The notes under the pieces: model-generated
Databases searched by the model: none
What the model was told of the DNA's origin: nothing
Seen by the model: only the letters and a program-made list of their open reading frames with translations
Position numbers and translations under genes: made by a program
Shown here: positions 9,214 through 18,154 of the stretch, in pieces
Layout of the letters: every line of letters begins with the position of its first letter
How positions within the stretch are numbered: position 1 is the stretch's first letter
From: a virus
Taxonomy: Duplodnaviria; Caudoviricetes
Strand: one strand, 5' to 3'
Virus record (IMG/VR): IMGVR_UViG_3300025575_000014
Coordinates: 1,393 to 65,392 of that record
DNA length: 64,000 bases

Positions 9214-9374
9214 AAAGTTTCCTTTTTACAAAATTTTACACACGTAAATGTCCTTTGTCTAAATCCACGTAAAGGACATTTGCCATCACATTGTTTCACT
9301 AGCACACCTTTTCTATTTTTATAGAATGGTTCGTATAATTCGCAATCTCCACATTTTCCTTTAGCTTCACTCAT
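9210..9374 (-). CDS. 54-aa Cys-rich (Zn-binding-like) protein
   Basis: Manual ORF MSEAKGKCGDCELY...QCDGKCPL...TCVKFC; start and stop overlap neighbours. Confidence 0.6.
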   Translation of the reverse strand: MSEAKGKCGDCELYEPFYKNRKGVLVKQCDGKCPLRGFRQRTFTCVKFCKKETL

Positions 9375-9565
9375 TTCTTTTCTCCCTCCATGTTTTCACA
9401 GAATTTATTAATAATCCTATCAAGTCGTTTTTGAGATATTTTTTCATCCTTAAAGGCACTTCTTAGACATTCTTCTAGTCTTGTATCTAATAGTTCGCAA
9501 TGCTCAATAAATTTCCTGTTCGCAAGGGTTTCTGCCACTATAACGAGTGTTCCCTTGGCTATCAT
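9371..9565 (-). CDS. Hypothetical protein
   Basis: 64-aa coupled ORF. Confidence 0.6.
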   Translation of the reverse strand: MIAKGTLVIVAETLANRKFIEHCELLDTRLEECLRSAFKDEKISQKRLDRIINKFCENMEGEKK

Positions 9566-9945
9566 TCGACCACTTCCGAAATTTCTATTTCTACCCTCGG
9601 ATTCTTTTTATCATACAGAACTCTGGAACCATCCACGCTTACTATTATTTTAGAATCATCATCCTTCAAAATTTTAGCTTTTACGAGAATATCGTGAGTA
9701 CTTTCCATCAAATTTGTAAGGTCTACTTTACCCCTAGTTGGCATGTAGTAAAGACATTTTATAGTGATGGGTGATTCTATCGGCTCGCCTTTATATTGGC
9801 TATTAAGCTTATATAGGCTTGCTTCTTAGTAGTTGGTAAAGGCTTCGCTAGGAACTATAAACCTTCTACCAGTTTTATGATTTTTAAGTATTCGTTGACT
9901 ATTCTTCTTTGTAATCGGTCTACCTTCTATCATTAAAGTGATCAT
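9562..9945 (-). pseudogene. rusA: RusA-family Holliday junction resolvase with one in-frame TAA at 9826-9828
   Basis: MITLMIEGRPITKKNS...AFTNY*EASLYKL...PITIKCLYYMPTRGKVDLTNLMESTHDIL...DDDSKII...NPRVEIEI: both halves in the same frame; D-L-x-N and DD catalytic motifs. Confidence 0.8.
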
Positions 9946-10019
9946 GTCCTCACCCCCTAAAAACTTTAATTGACTATACTTCCACTTATTTAATTCTCGC
10001 TCTTTCTCTTGAATAATCA

Positions 10020-10556
10020 CTACCGCAGCCCTACAATTTCTTTAAGCTTACTCCAACCACTTTTGGCCCTTAATTCTTTATTTTCTTTTTCAAGTCTTAC
10101 ATTTTTAATCGCCATATCCATTATTGTTTCGCTATTTGCTTTTATTTTTTTATAGTATTTACGGTTTTCTTCTTTATACTTTTCGCACTTCGCTTTATTT
10201 ATTATGTTTAAATCGATATTTCCCTGCGCCATTTTCGTTTTATCGCTAATCTCTCTTTTAAGTTCAATGATTTTTAGTTCTCTTTCTCTTTTATCTTTCA
10301 AAGATATGGCATGTAGTTCTTTTGCTATTTCAGCATCGGATTTTAAAGTTTTATTTTCTCTTGTTAATTTTTCAATATCATCCTCTAACCTATATGTTTT
10401 AATTAAAATAGAATTTTTACGTTTTTGTAAGTCCATAATGAAATCATTTAACATAGTCGTTGTACACTCATAATCTTTTATTTCGCCTTTCATTCTTTGA
10501 TTATCGCTTTTCATTCTCTCATTATTTTTAATTAATTGTGTTTTTCTCCTATTCAT
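10020..10556 (-). CDS. Coiled-coil hypothetical protein
   Basis: 178 aa, K/E-rich heptads. Confidence 0.7.
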   Translation of the reverse strand: MNRRKTQLIKNNERMKSDNQRMKGEIKDYECTTTMLNDFIMDLQKRKNSILIKTYRLEDDIEKLTRENKTLKSDAEIAKELHAISLKDKRERELKIIELKREISDKTKMAQGNIDLNIINKAKCEKYKEENRKYYKKIKANSETIMDMAIKNVRLEKENKELRAKSGWSKLKEIVGLR

Positions 10557-10569
10557 TATTCATCCCCCT

Positions 10570-10944
10570 TTAAATATAATTTCTGCCCCCCATTAAGCGA
10601 ATCAATATCTCGTCAACCCTGTAACCATCTCTATGTCCGCATAGCCTTTTACATATAAGCACCGCATCAAAATCACTACAATCAAGAATTTCTCTTATTT
10701 CATCCTTACAATAATGAGTTTTTTCGGAAAACATTTCAGTTAATTTATGTTGTAGGTTGGTTTTTAATTTTAAATCTGCTTCTTTGTTCAAATGAACGCC
10801 ACCATTGCCCCTGTGACATTCAACGCATAGTTTTGCTAAGTTAGCTTTTATCGTTCTCATGTATACCGCTTGACTTTTAAAAATCCGATGATGGATTTCG
10901 CAATAAATATTTTCCTTACCACACAATTCGCAAGTTCCATTCAT
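10570..10944 (-). CDS. HNH endonuclease
   Basis: CELCG...EIHHRI...NLAKLCVECHRG...VH. Confidence 0.85.
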   Translation of the reverse strand: MNGTCELCGKENIYCEIHHRIFKSQAVYMRTIKANLAKLCVECHRGNGGVHLNKEADLKLKTNLQHKLTEMFSEKTHYCKDEIREILDCSDFDAVLICKRLCGHRDGYRVDEILIRLMGGRNYI

Positions 10945-11144
10945 TTCTTCTCACCCTCTGTAATTTGATTAGCAACATACTTTTCTAACATATTTATTAT
11001 TTGTCCTTTACTAGCTGCATTGTAATAAATTATCCTTTCCGTGTGTGTAGTTTCTCTAATGTCTTTGTCATAGCTATGATTTTCAAAGTCATAGCAGCCC
11101 TCTTTCAAAACCTTTATAAAAATCTGTTCCATTTCAATATCCAT
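10941..11144 (-). CDS. Hypothetical protein
   Basis: 67-aa coupled ORF. Confidence 0.55.
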   Translation of the reverse strand: MDIEMEQIFIKVLKEGCYDFENHSYDKDIRETTHTERIIYYNAASKGQIINMLEKYVANQITEGEKK

Positions 11145-11700
11145 TCTGTTGTCTTTCGTAGTTGATTTTATTTTTTTCTAAATATGCTGATTCCATCTCT
11201 TTTGCAGTAAACCCAAGTGCATGTCCTAGGTGAATGAACGCAACATACATGTTTGCATACTCAATATTTAAATAATCCATGATAGGCTCTTTATTGCTTG
11301 TTTTCCAATACTTAAACGACCTACTCGCATTTGCTACCATCGAAAATTTTATAATAAATTTTTCTAACGCCTCCAACCAGTTTGTAGTTTTAAATTTCAA
11401 TAACTCATACACCATTTTAAATTCTACATCCTTGTAAGGAATGTCTACTTGCACCACATTTCCAACCGACATTACAAAATGAAAGACGTCTGATGCTTCC
11501 ATGAGTTTGTCATTCTTGTTAGCTTCACTGAGCTCTCCAACCTCTGTTGCCAAGGCCAATAATCTATAAGCAAGTAACTGTTGTTTATCCTCTACGACTA
11601 CACCCTTTGTTTTTAAATTAGCCATGATATAGTCATCTAAATCCTCTTGTTCTTTGAATAGTTCCCCTACTTTCATACATTTACCCCTCGTTATCCACAA
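11134..11700 (-). CDS. dut: Dimeric (all-alpha) dUTPase (probable start 11676)
   Basis: LALATEVGELSEA, LMEASDVFHFVMS and C-terminal AYLEKNKINYERQQNGY. Confidence 0.85.
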   Translation of the reverse strand: MWITRGKCMKVGELFKEQEDLDDYIMANLKTKGVVVEDKQQLLAYRLLALATEVGELSEANKNDKLMEASDVFHFVMSVGNVVQVDIPYKDVEFKMVYELLKFKTTNWLEALEKFIIKFSMVANASRSFKYWKTSNKEPIMDYLNIEYANMYVAFIHLGHALGFTAKEMESAYLEKNKINYERQQNGY

Positions 11701-11754
11701 TCTGTGGTTATTTTGTGTATAATGTTACGTTCTGTTGAAATGATACTTAAAAAA

Positions 11755-11994
11755 TTACAATTTAAGCTTATTAAGACATTTGTCACAAATAACTTTGCCC
11801 ATAAATTCTTTTGTTACCTTAATCTCTCCGCAAAACGTACAACCTGGCTCGTACTTCTTTAATAATATGTATTCACCATCTGTAAATATCTCCAATGCCC
11901 CTTTATCGTCTATTTTAAACGACTTCCTTAATTCTGCTGGTAAAACGATTCTCCCTAGTTCATCTAAACGTCTAACAATTCCGATTGACTTCAT
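11755..11994 (-). CDS. abrB: AbrB/SpoVT-family transition-state regulator with Cys-rich tail
   Basis: MKSIGIVRRLDELGRIVLPAELRK...LEIFTDGEYILLKKYEPGCTFCG...ICDKC; AAGGAGG RBS; 10-bp-stem hairpin in the 5' UTR (12014-12043). Confidence 0.92.
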   Translation of the reverse strand: MKSIGIVRRLDELGRIVLPAELRKSFKIDDKGALEIFTDGEYILLKKYEPGCTFCGEIKVTKEFMGKVICDKCLNKLKL

Positions 11995-12127
11995 TTTCGA
12001 ATCCTCCTTATGTATTAGCAGAACCATTTAAGATTCTGCTAATTTCTATATTTATATTATATCACATAAAGTGGTATATTTACACAGAATGTTGAATATA
12101 ATGATAAATATATGTTTATCTCCTAAA

Positions 12128-12721
12128 TTATCCTAGCTCTCTATAAAACTTATCGTACTTTTCTATTAAATCCCATCTATCGATAAATATATCATATTTA
12201 CTTTTACGCCCTATACACATTGTAACCACTTTCAAATCACTACCAGGTATTATAAAAAACTTTTCAATGGCTTTATTTTCATCAAGTGCAAATATCATAT
12301 ACAAATCGCAAGTAGCAAATTTCTTAGTAGTCCTAAATGTATGAACTCTAGACCCCTTAACATAGCCAGGCCTGCTAACCTTAACGTCTATTTTAATGTT
12401 GTCGTTTATCAATAAATCAAACGGATATTTAGTAGTCATCCTTTCAACTTCAAACCCTTTGCCCTCGATTAATTCAATAGCTTTTAATTCATAATCTTGG
12501 CCCAAACTCGTATCGCTAATTTTTAAACCCATCTTTAATTTTTCTGCCCAATAAGAAAAACCACCAGTTTTTGCTATTTTATTAGTAAGTGCATCATCAT
12601 TTGTAATACTAATTATTTCCGTTCTACTTGGCATACGATTAATACTTAATAATTCTGCAACTCTCATTATTTCACTCTCTATAAGATTATCGTTCCACCT
12701 GATGCCTTTTGTATACCCCAT
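12128..12721 (-). CDS. HTH plus PD-(D/E)xK-type nuclease-like protein
   Basis: C-terminal YPFDLLINDNIKIDVKVS fits D-x(n)-D/E-x-K; own promoter TTGTAC-N17-TATTAT upstream. Confidence 0.6.
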   Translation of the reverse strand: MGYTKGIRWNDNLIESEIMRVAELLSINRMPSRTEIISITNDDALTNKIAKTGGFSYWAEKLKMGLKISDTSLGQDYELKAIELIEGKGFEVERMTTKYPFDLLINDNIKIDVKVSRPGYVKGSRVHTFRTTKKFATCDLYMIFALDENKAIEKFFIIPGSDLKVVTMCIGRKSKYDIFIDRWDLIEKYDKFYRELG

Positions 12722-12831
12722 TCAAACACCCCTTCTTATTATTTATCTTACTTTATCCTATAATACCATATCTTTCCTTATGGTACAAGGCAAATTAGTA
12801 TGATACAATATATTTAAGGGGATGATTTTAT

Positions 12832-12966
12832 ATGAAAGAAAAAATAACAATTACTATTGATGAAGAAATATTAAAAAAATTACAAACTATAGCCGAAAAA
12901 GAAAGCAGAACTATAAGCGGCTTAATAAATAAAACTTTAAAAGATAGCATAAAGAGCGATAAATAA
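12832..12966 (+). CDS. 44-aa ribbon-helix-helix protein divergent from the nuclease
   Basis: MKEKITITIDEEILKKLQTIAEKESRTISGLINKTL; AAGGGGATG RBS, TG-a-TACAAT promoter, bidirectional hairpin shared with ssb. Confidence 0.8.
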   Translation: MKEKITITIDEEILKKLQTIAEKESRTISGLINKTLKDSIKSDK

Positions 12967-13008
12967 TATCGCTCTAACTTATTTTGATAAAGGAGAATAA
13001 GAAACTCC

Positions 13009-13413
13009 TTATTTAAAAGGGATATCCGAATCGTCAACCGGTGTTATACCCGAATCACTACCAAAATCATTTGAACTTGTTTGTTTTGAAGAAGTATTTT
13101 CATTTTTACCGCCAGTAAATTCGATAGTATTAACCATAATATCAGAAGAGTATTTTATTACACCATCTTTGCCTTCATACTTATTTATTCTTAATGCACC
13201 CTCTACTAACACCTTAGTCCCTTTAACTAAGTACTGTGCTAATTTTTCACCTCTCTCGCCAAATAAGCAACAATTAAGCCAATCAGTACCATCTTCTTTT
13301 TTAAATCCTCTCGCTACTGCAACACTGAATTTTAGCAATGCTTTTCCACTTCCAGCAATGAATGAAAGTTCTGCATCTGATCCTAAATTACCGTTGAATA
13401 TAATCTTATTTAT
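13009..13413 (-). CDS. ssb: Single-stranded DNA-binding protein, apparent ATA start
   Basis: (M)NKIIFNGNLGSDAE...LKFSVAV...TDWLNC...LVKGTKVLVEG...DDSDIPF; OB fold extends upstream of the listed ORF to ATA at 13411-13413 after GAGGAG. Confidence 0.9.
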   Translation of the reverse strand: MNKIIFNGNLGSDAELSFIAGSGKALLKFSVAVARGFKKEDGTDWLNCCLFGERGEKLAQYLVKGTKVLVEGALRINKYEGKDGVIKYSSDIMVNTIEFTGGKNENTSSKQTSSNDFGSDSGITPVDDSDIPFK

Positions 13414-13468
13414 AATAAATCACTCCTCTTTCTAATTTTATTTGTGTCAGAATATTTTTGAATTGCGA

Positions 13469-13666
13469 CTAAACTAACGATTCCCCATTACACATTCTTG
13501 CAACTCTTTTACATTCGTGGTTTGCTTCTTTTCTTGTCTCAAATGCACTGTGCATTTTATCAATTTCACTGTTATAATCTTCTAAAGTTTTATAATGTTT
13601 TACATCTAAAACCTTATTTGTTGCATCAGCACTTATTACACAAAATCTACTAAAATTTTCATTCAT
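13469..13666 (-). CDS. Hypothetical protein
   Basis: 65-aa coupled ORF. Confidence 0.55.
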   Translation of the reverse strand: MNENFSRFCVISADATNKVLDVKHYKTLEDYNSEIDKMHSAFETRKEANHECKRVARMCNGESLV

Positions 13667-14259
13667 TTCAATTCCTCCATCATTTTTATTTCATTGCCCC
13701 AACAATCCCAACCCTTAATTTCTTGTCGTGCAAATAACTCTATTCGTGGTAAATCTCCAACTAATTCGATTATTTCATTTCTTACTATAGGTGGTTTTTC
13801 ACTATGCTTAGTTAGTGGCTGATATATTATTTGTCTTACCTTTGCAGAAATTCTTTTCGGTTTTCCTTTCGTAGCTAGAAGACACAACTCTGCGTTTTGC
13901 CTAGTCCATCTACCTTGCCCCATAAAATCATCAATACCATTTCTTTTTATATTTCTTTCTTCATTAAAAATTTTATTTCTCTTAACCCAATCAAAGGCAC
14001 ATGTTTTATATTCAAAACCCCAGGCTTTAATTACTTCAAATACCTTATCTAACTTTGGCATTGTCACCCAAATAAAAAGCAAACAATCTTTATCACTAAT
14101 ACTTTTTACATCTAAATTACATATATCATCCATGGTCATTGTTGAATAATAATCTTCGGATGAACTTCTTTTCGCTCCCTTACCTAGTGCCATTCTACTG
14201 TTATAACTCCAAGGAGGATCAGCATAAATTATTTGATATTTTTTATTAGGAAATTCCAT
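13663..14259 (-). CDS. MT-A70-family N6-adenine methyltransferase (orphan)
   Basis: YQIIYADPPW, LFIWVT, WGFEYKT, HSEKP, IELFAR and GWDCWGNE motifs. Confidence 0.9.
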   Translation of the reverse strand: MEFPNKKYQIIYADPPWSYNSRMALGKGAKRSSSEDYYSTMTMDDICNLDVKSISDKDCLLFIWVTMPKLDKVFEVIKAWGFEYKTCAFDWVKRNKIFNEERNIKRNGIDDFMGQGRWTRQNAELCLLATKGKPKRISAKVRQIIYQPLTKHSEKPPIVRNEIIELVGDLPRIELFARQEIKGWDCWGNEIKMMEELK

Positions 14260-14303
14260 TATTTTAACCCCCCACTGTGTCGTGATATTCTCATATTTTG
14301 CAA

Positions 14304-14546
14304 CTATTCTATAAATTCTTTTCCTATTTCCTCATAGTTAGGTTTAATAATTTCAGCTACTTCATGAATGAGATTATAAAAATTTCTACTTTTCGTATCT
14401 CTGAGATAATGAGCATTGTTAATTTCTTTCCAAATAGAATTTAAATCTGTTTTCAATTGTGCGTTTTCTTTATTTAGTCTGTTAATTGTCTGTATTAATA
14501 CATATCTTTCATTTTCTTTCAACAGTTCTTCCACCGTTATTGGCAC
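14304..14546 (-). CDS. Hypothetical coiled-coil protein
   Basis: 80-aa ORF. Confidence 0.6.
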   Translation of the reverse strand: MPITVEELLKENERYVLIQTINRLNKENAQLKTDLNSIWKEINNAHYLRDTKSRNFYNLIHEVAEIIKPNYEEIGKEFIE

Positions 14547-14668
14547 CTCGTTTCATTTGCAGGACATTCAAACAACCCACAATCTTTACAGCAATCTTTC
14601 CATACAGTTTCGCCTTTTTCATTGAATAGAACTTGTTTGTTATCTTCCATATTATTCCCTCCTTTTAA

Positions 14669-15793
14669 TTAGCTGATAGCTTTAATATCCTTTGAATACA
14701 CGTTTAATCCTTCATACTTCAAGTCATAATACTTTGATGCTATACCCGGAAACTTTGCTGCAAACTCATTCATATATTTTACCGGCGAACTGTTTTCTCC
14801 ATTTGCTATGCAAAATTCTCTAAAGCTTTTCTTTTTAAAAAAATTAGGTTGATTGCACCACCTAGCTAAAGTTATATACATTCCTCTATATGGACTTTCC
14901 TCATATCTGTTAAACCTCATAATATAAGGCAAGCAGCCATACTTCATTAATATTTTAATTCTTTCAAATGTATCTTCAATATCTTGATTCCAAAAGTTCT
15001 GATCCCATTTATCGTTTCTATCAAACCCAGTAAATACATATAGCTTTGTAGTTTTTTTTATATGTTTTTTCCATATCGTTAATTTATTTTCTATAAGCTC
15101 CCTATCTCCTAAGAAATCAAAGGCAAATATATAATCTCCAAAATACTTAACTGGCTTAAATGCTAATACTTTTTCCTCTGTCATTAATCTAATGTCTAAT
15201 CCTTGTCTGAATTGAAAATACTTTTTAGTATCGACTATTGTTTTCAATATCTGTTTCCAGCCTGGAAATGCTAAAAAATTATCATCCCATAGAGATATTC
15301 TAGGTTTTGAAATATCAAGAAACTCATTTATAGGTGAGTGTATAACTGTGCAATCATACTTTTTATTAACACAGAATGGACACTTACGGAAACAACCTCT
15401 AGTAGTAAATCCTATTGAGCATTTTAAATAATCATCGAATTGTTTTGGTTTAGAACCACTGTCTATTTTATTTTGTACCCAAGTGCTATATAAACTATAG
15501 TCTGGCATGGAATGCTCTATTTCATATGGTAAATCTGGTGCTTTGTCAAAGAAAAATCCAGTACCACCATATTCAACATTGGTTATTTCTAATACTTTTT
15601 CGTCTATAGGTGTATCTGTAAATACTTTTGATATAAATACTTTGTCATATGCTTCGAAACTCTCATAATCCAATTTTAAGGTTACATTATTTCCTTTTGA
15701 CTTATAGTACCCACTTAGCTTCATACAAGCCAAGTTGGGAAATCTGTGTTGTTTCCTACCTATTAAATCAGCATCTATTATTCCAATATTCAA
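14669..15793 (-). CDS. Radical SAM protein
   Basis: TTRGCFRKCPFCV (CxxxCxxC), WDDNFL, N-terminal FPNLACMKLSGYYKSKG domain. Confidence 0.88.
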   Translation of the reverse strand: MNIGIIDADLIGRKQHRFPNLACMKLSGYYKSKGNNVTLKLDYESFEAYDKVFISKVFTDTPIDEKVLEITNVEYGGTGFFFDKAPDLPYEIEHSMPDYSLYSTWVQNKIDSGSKPKQFDDYLKCSIGFTTRGCFRKCPFCVNKKYDCTVIHSPINEFLDISKPRISLWDDNFLAFPGWKQILKTIVDTKKYFQFRQGLDIRLMTEEKVLAFKPVKYFGDYIFAFDFLGDRELIENKLTIWKKHIKKTTKLYVFTGFDRNDKWDQNFWNQDIEDTFERIKILMKYGCLPYIMRFNRYEESPYRGMYITLARWCNQPNFFKKKSFREFCIANGENSSPVKYMNEFAAKFPGIASKYYDLKYEGLNVYSKDIKAIS

Positions 15794-15824
15794 CTCTAAT
15801 ACCTCCCTTCGGACTATTTAGCAA

Positions 15825-16394
15825 TTACGACTTAACTAACTTTCCAGTTATAAGCTCACTAAATTCTAAGCTTTCAACCCATTTGCAAAATTCTTTCCAT
15901 TCAGGCAACCTATGGTCTTTACGTTGGCTATATACAGTTTTTAACGCTCTGTAGTTCGTAGTTAGTCGAGCGGTTAATTCAAATCCACTAGGGTTGCTAT
16001 ATAAAAGTCTTAAATAATCTACGCTATCTTTTGTTTCATTGTAGGTATTTTTTAATTCTTCCATGACGGTAATTATTCTTGGATCGACATATTGATTATA
16101 TTGATTGTGTAGATTGAATTTACTTATTTTATGCATAGTACTTTGACTTGAAACAAAATTTACGAAGGTATAGCGTTCCATCTCAATCCATGCTTTATTG
16201 CTAAAAGTTAAGTCAAACGATACTAAAATACCTGTCAAGAATTGGTCATGCCCTTCGCCTTTATCGGAGGTTGCAAGGCCCATAACTCTATCGGTTATAA
16301 ATCTATCGCATTTATTTGTATCTACTGCCATTGGATATTTTGAAGCCTTTACACTACTAGGCAATCCCATTGTTTCTACATTATCAATTTTCAT
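15825..16394 (-). CDS. ThyX (flavin-dependent thymidylate synthase)-like protein with divergent motif
   Basis: GEGHDQFL, EMERYTFVNFVSSQSTMH, TNYRALKTVYSQRKDHRLPEW align with ThyX motifs (HxSxLE, RHR...SxR, TxNxRxL...R...EI) but lack RHR. Confidence 0.6.
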   Translation of the reverse strand: MKIDNVETMGLPSSVKASKYPMAVDTNKCDRFITDRVMGLATSDKGEGHDQFLTGILVSFDLTFSNKAWIEMERYTFVNFVSSQSTMHKISKFNLHNQYNQYVDPRIITVMEELKNTYNETKDSVDYLRLLYSNPSGFELTARLTTNYRALKTVYSQRKDHRLPEWKEFCKWVESLEFSELITGKLVKS

Positions 16395-16397
16395 ATT

Positions 16398-17180
16398 TTA
16401 CCCCTCCAAATATTGATATTCTCTAATCTCTTGATTCTTTTTTAGCTTAATCAATCCACTTCGATAAATAGAATTTATATCTTTCCACGTTGTGTTATAT
16501 GTTTTAGCAATCTCCTTACAGGTCATAACCTCGTTTTTTAGCCCAATCTTTTTGGAAAATATATCAAATTCTTTTTCACTCAATATTGTTTTTATTATTT
16601 TTATCATGTGTTTACCAGCCATTTCTACAATTGGGTCAACCGCTTTTTCATCTTTAATCGCATCTGCAATCGGTGATCCTGTTTCTCCAACTTTTAAATC
16701 AAAAGAACAAACTTCAACCATACTTTTTTTAAATTCCGTAATTTCCTCTAATGTCTTATCACAATATTCAACCATTTCACTTGACGTAGCTTTCCTTCCT
16801 AGTTCACTTTCTAATTCTTTAACCATCGCATCAATTTTATAATTTTTATCGAATATCCAGCAAGGCACTCTTATTGTTCTTGAATGATTTTGTACCAACC
16901 TTATCATGTGTTGCCGAATCCACGAATGAGCATAAGTGCTTAATTTTAAGTTTTTACTTAAATCAAATTTATCTATAGATTTCATTAAACCCATAACTCC
17001 AACTTGGCATAGGTCTTCAAATTCTGTAGTCCTAGATACAAATCTTTTAGCTATAGTTTTTATCATTCCGATATTGCATAATATTAAATATTCCAGTGCT
17101 TCTTTATCTCCATTTTGCGTTCTTAATATGAATTCTTTTTCCTCCACTTTTCCCAGCAACGGGTATTTGATTATTTCCAT
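16398..17180 (-). CDS. Sigma-70 factor, SigA/RpoD-like
   Basis: Region 1.2-like YPLLGKVEEKEFI, 2.2 EDLCQVGVMGLMKSIDKFD, 2.3-2.4 STYAHSWIRQ...RTIRVP, region 3 ELGRKATSSEM, region 4 HTH. Confidence 0.88.
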   Translation of the reverse strand: MEIIKYPLLGKVEEKEFILRTQNGDKEALEYLILCNIGMIKTIAKRFVSRTTEFEDLCQVGVMGLMKSIDKFDLSKNLKLSTYAHSWIRQHMIRLVQNHSRTIRVPCWIFDKNYKIDAMVKELESELGRKATSSEMVEYCDKTLEEITEFKKSMVEVCSFDLKVGETGSPIADAIKDEKAVDPIVEMAGKHMIKIIKTILSEKEFDIFSKKIGLKNEVMTCKEIAKTYNTTWKDINSIYRSGLIKLKKNQEIREYQYLEG

Positions 17181-17230
17181 TTTCTCCCCCTTAGTTTGTT
17201 GTAAAGTCACATTAGGTTTTTGTAATAGGA

Positions 17231-17524
17231 CTATATAACTTCTGTTAATATTCTAAATTCTTTTAATATATTGCCATCAAATGTACACTCAATTGGTTTA
17301 TTTAATAATTTATCTACAGTTTCAACATTGGCATCTTTTAACATCTTCTGTACATTGTCCATCATAGTAACCATGCCATTATCTTCATGTCCTTTATATG
17401 AGGGATTATAATAATAGCTACCAACAACTCCCCAACCTTCTCCGCCTATTCCAAGCGTTAATCCAAATAAATATTCAGAGTAACCAAACCTTACACTTTT
17501 AATTTTCGCTAATTTCCTTTTCAT
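17231..17524 (-). CDS. Hypothetical phage protein
   Basis: 97-aa ORF with AAGGAGG RBS. Confidence 0.75.
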   Translation of the reverse strand: MKRKLAKIKSVRFGYSEYLFGLTLGIGGEGWGVVGSYYYNPSYKGHEDNGMVTMMDNVQKMLKDANVETVDKLLNKPIECTFDGNILKEFRILTEVI

Positions 17525-17563
17525 ATAATCCTCCTTAAATTATCATCCGTGTTTTTATTAAAT

Positions 17564-18046
17564 CTAATATTCTATATGATATTTCTTGCACACTTCTGAA
17601 AAATTATATTCTTCGCCAGTAAGTTGTTTATATAGGTATCTATCGCTTAAATAAACTTCCGGGAGCAACCCTTCTGTTTTATCTTTTGAAGTGTCCCACG
17701 CAACACAATTTCTTGCAACGTTTTCCGTTATTCCCTCGATTGTCGCTTCTCCTAATTTATCCTCGTACTCTTTTAAATAATTTCTTACCTCTGCGAACCC
17801 AACTAAAGCGAGATACATGCCACATGTAAACCTATCTTCGTCCATATATTCTCCAAAATCTATAGCATTGCAATATTCTTCATCATGTTCTATTCCGTAC
17901 AATTCTTTATCCATTTTACGAATATATTCAACTAAAGATATTTCCGCTTCGCCAACTCTTACATATACCTCTTTACCTTTTACAAATACAAAGTTGTGCA
18001 TGTGTTCAATCATTCCTTTGGGATTTTCAGTTACTAATTTTTTCAT
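17564..18046 (-). CDS. Hypothetical acidic protein
   Basis: 160-aa ORF with AAGGAG RBS. Confidence 0.75.
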   Translation of the reverse strand: MKKLVTENPKGMIEHMHNFVFVKGKEVYVRVGEAEISLVEYIRKMDKELYGIEHDEEYCNAIDFGEYMDEDRFTCGMYLALVGFAEVRNYLKEYEDKLGEATIEGITENVARNCVAWDTSKDKTEGLLPEVYLSDRYLYKQLTGEEYNFSEVCKKYHIEY

Positions 18047-18154
18047 ATAATCACTCCTTTAGTTTGCTACCGACATCAATGTCGGCAACAAAATATTAAA
18101 TATTTCCTAATCACTTTCATGTTTAATCTTCACATCCATCATCTTCTAACTTAA

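Noticed and set aside
9826-9828. Genome-wide stop-codon reassignment
   Set aside because: TAA terminates many genes normally, long genes are uninterrupted, and no suppressor tRNA is seen; this is a single lesion.
11691-11710. DnaA box TTATCCACA as a replication origin
   Set aside because: One perfect box plus one degenerate copy; about one perfect hit is expected by chance in 64 kb of AT-rich DNA (rough estimate).
12128-14259. Type II restriction-modification system (nuclease plus MT-A70)
   Set aside because: The genes are separated by ssb, an RHH gene and a terminator and have separate promoters; MT-A70 orphans are common in phage early regions.
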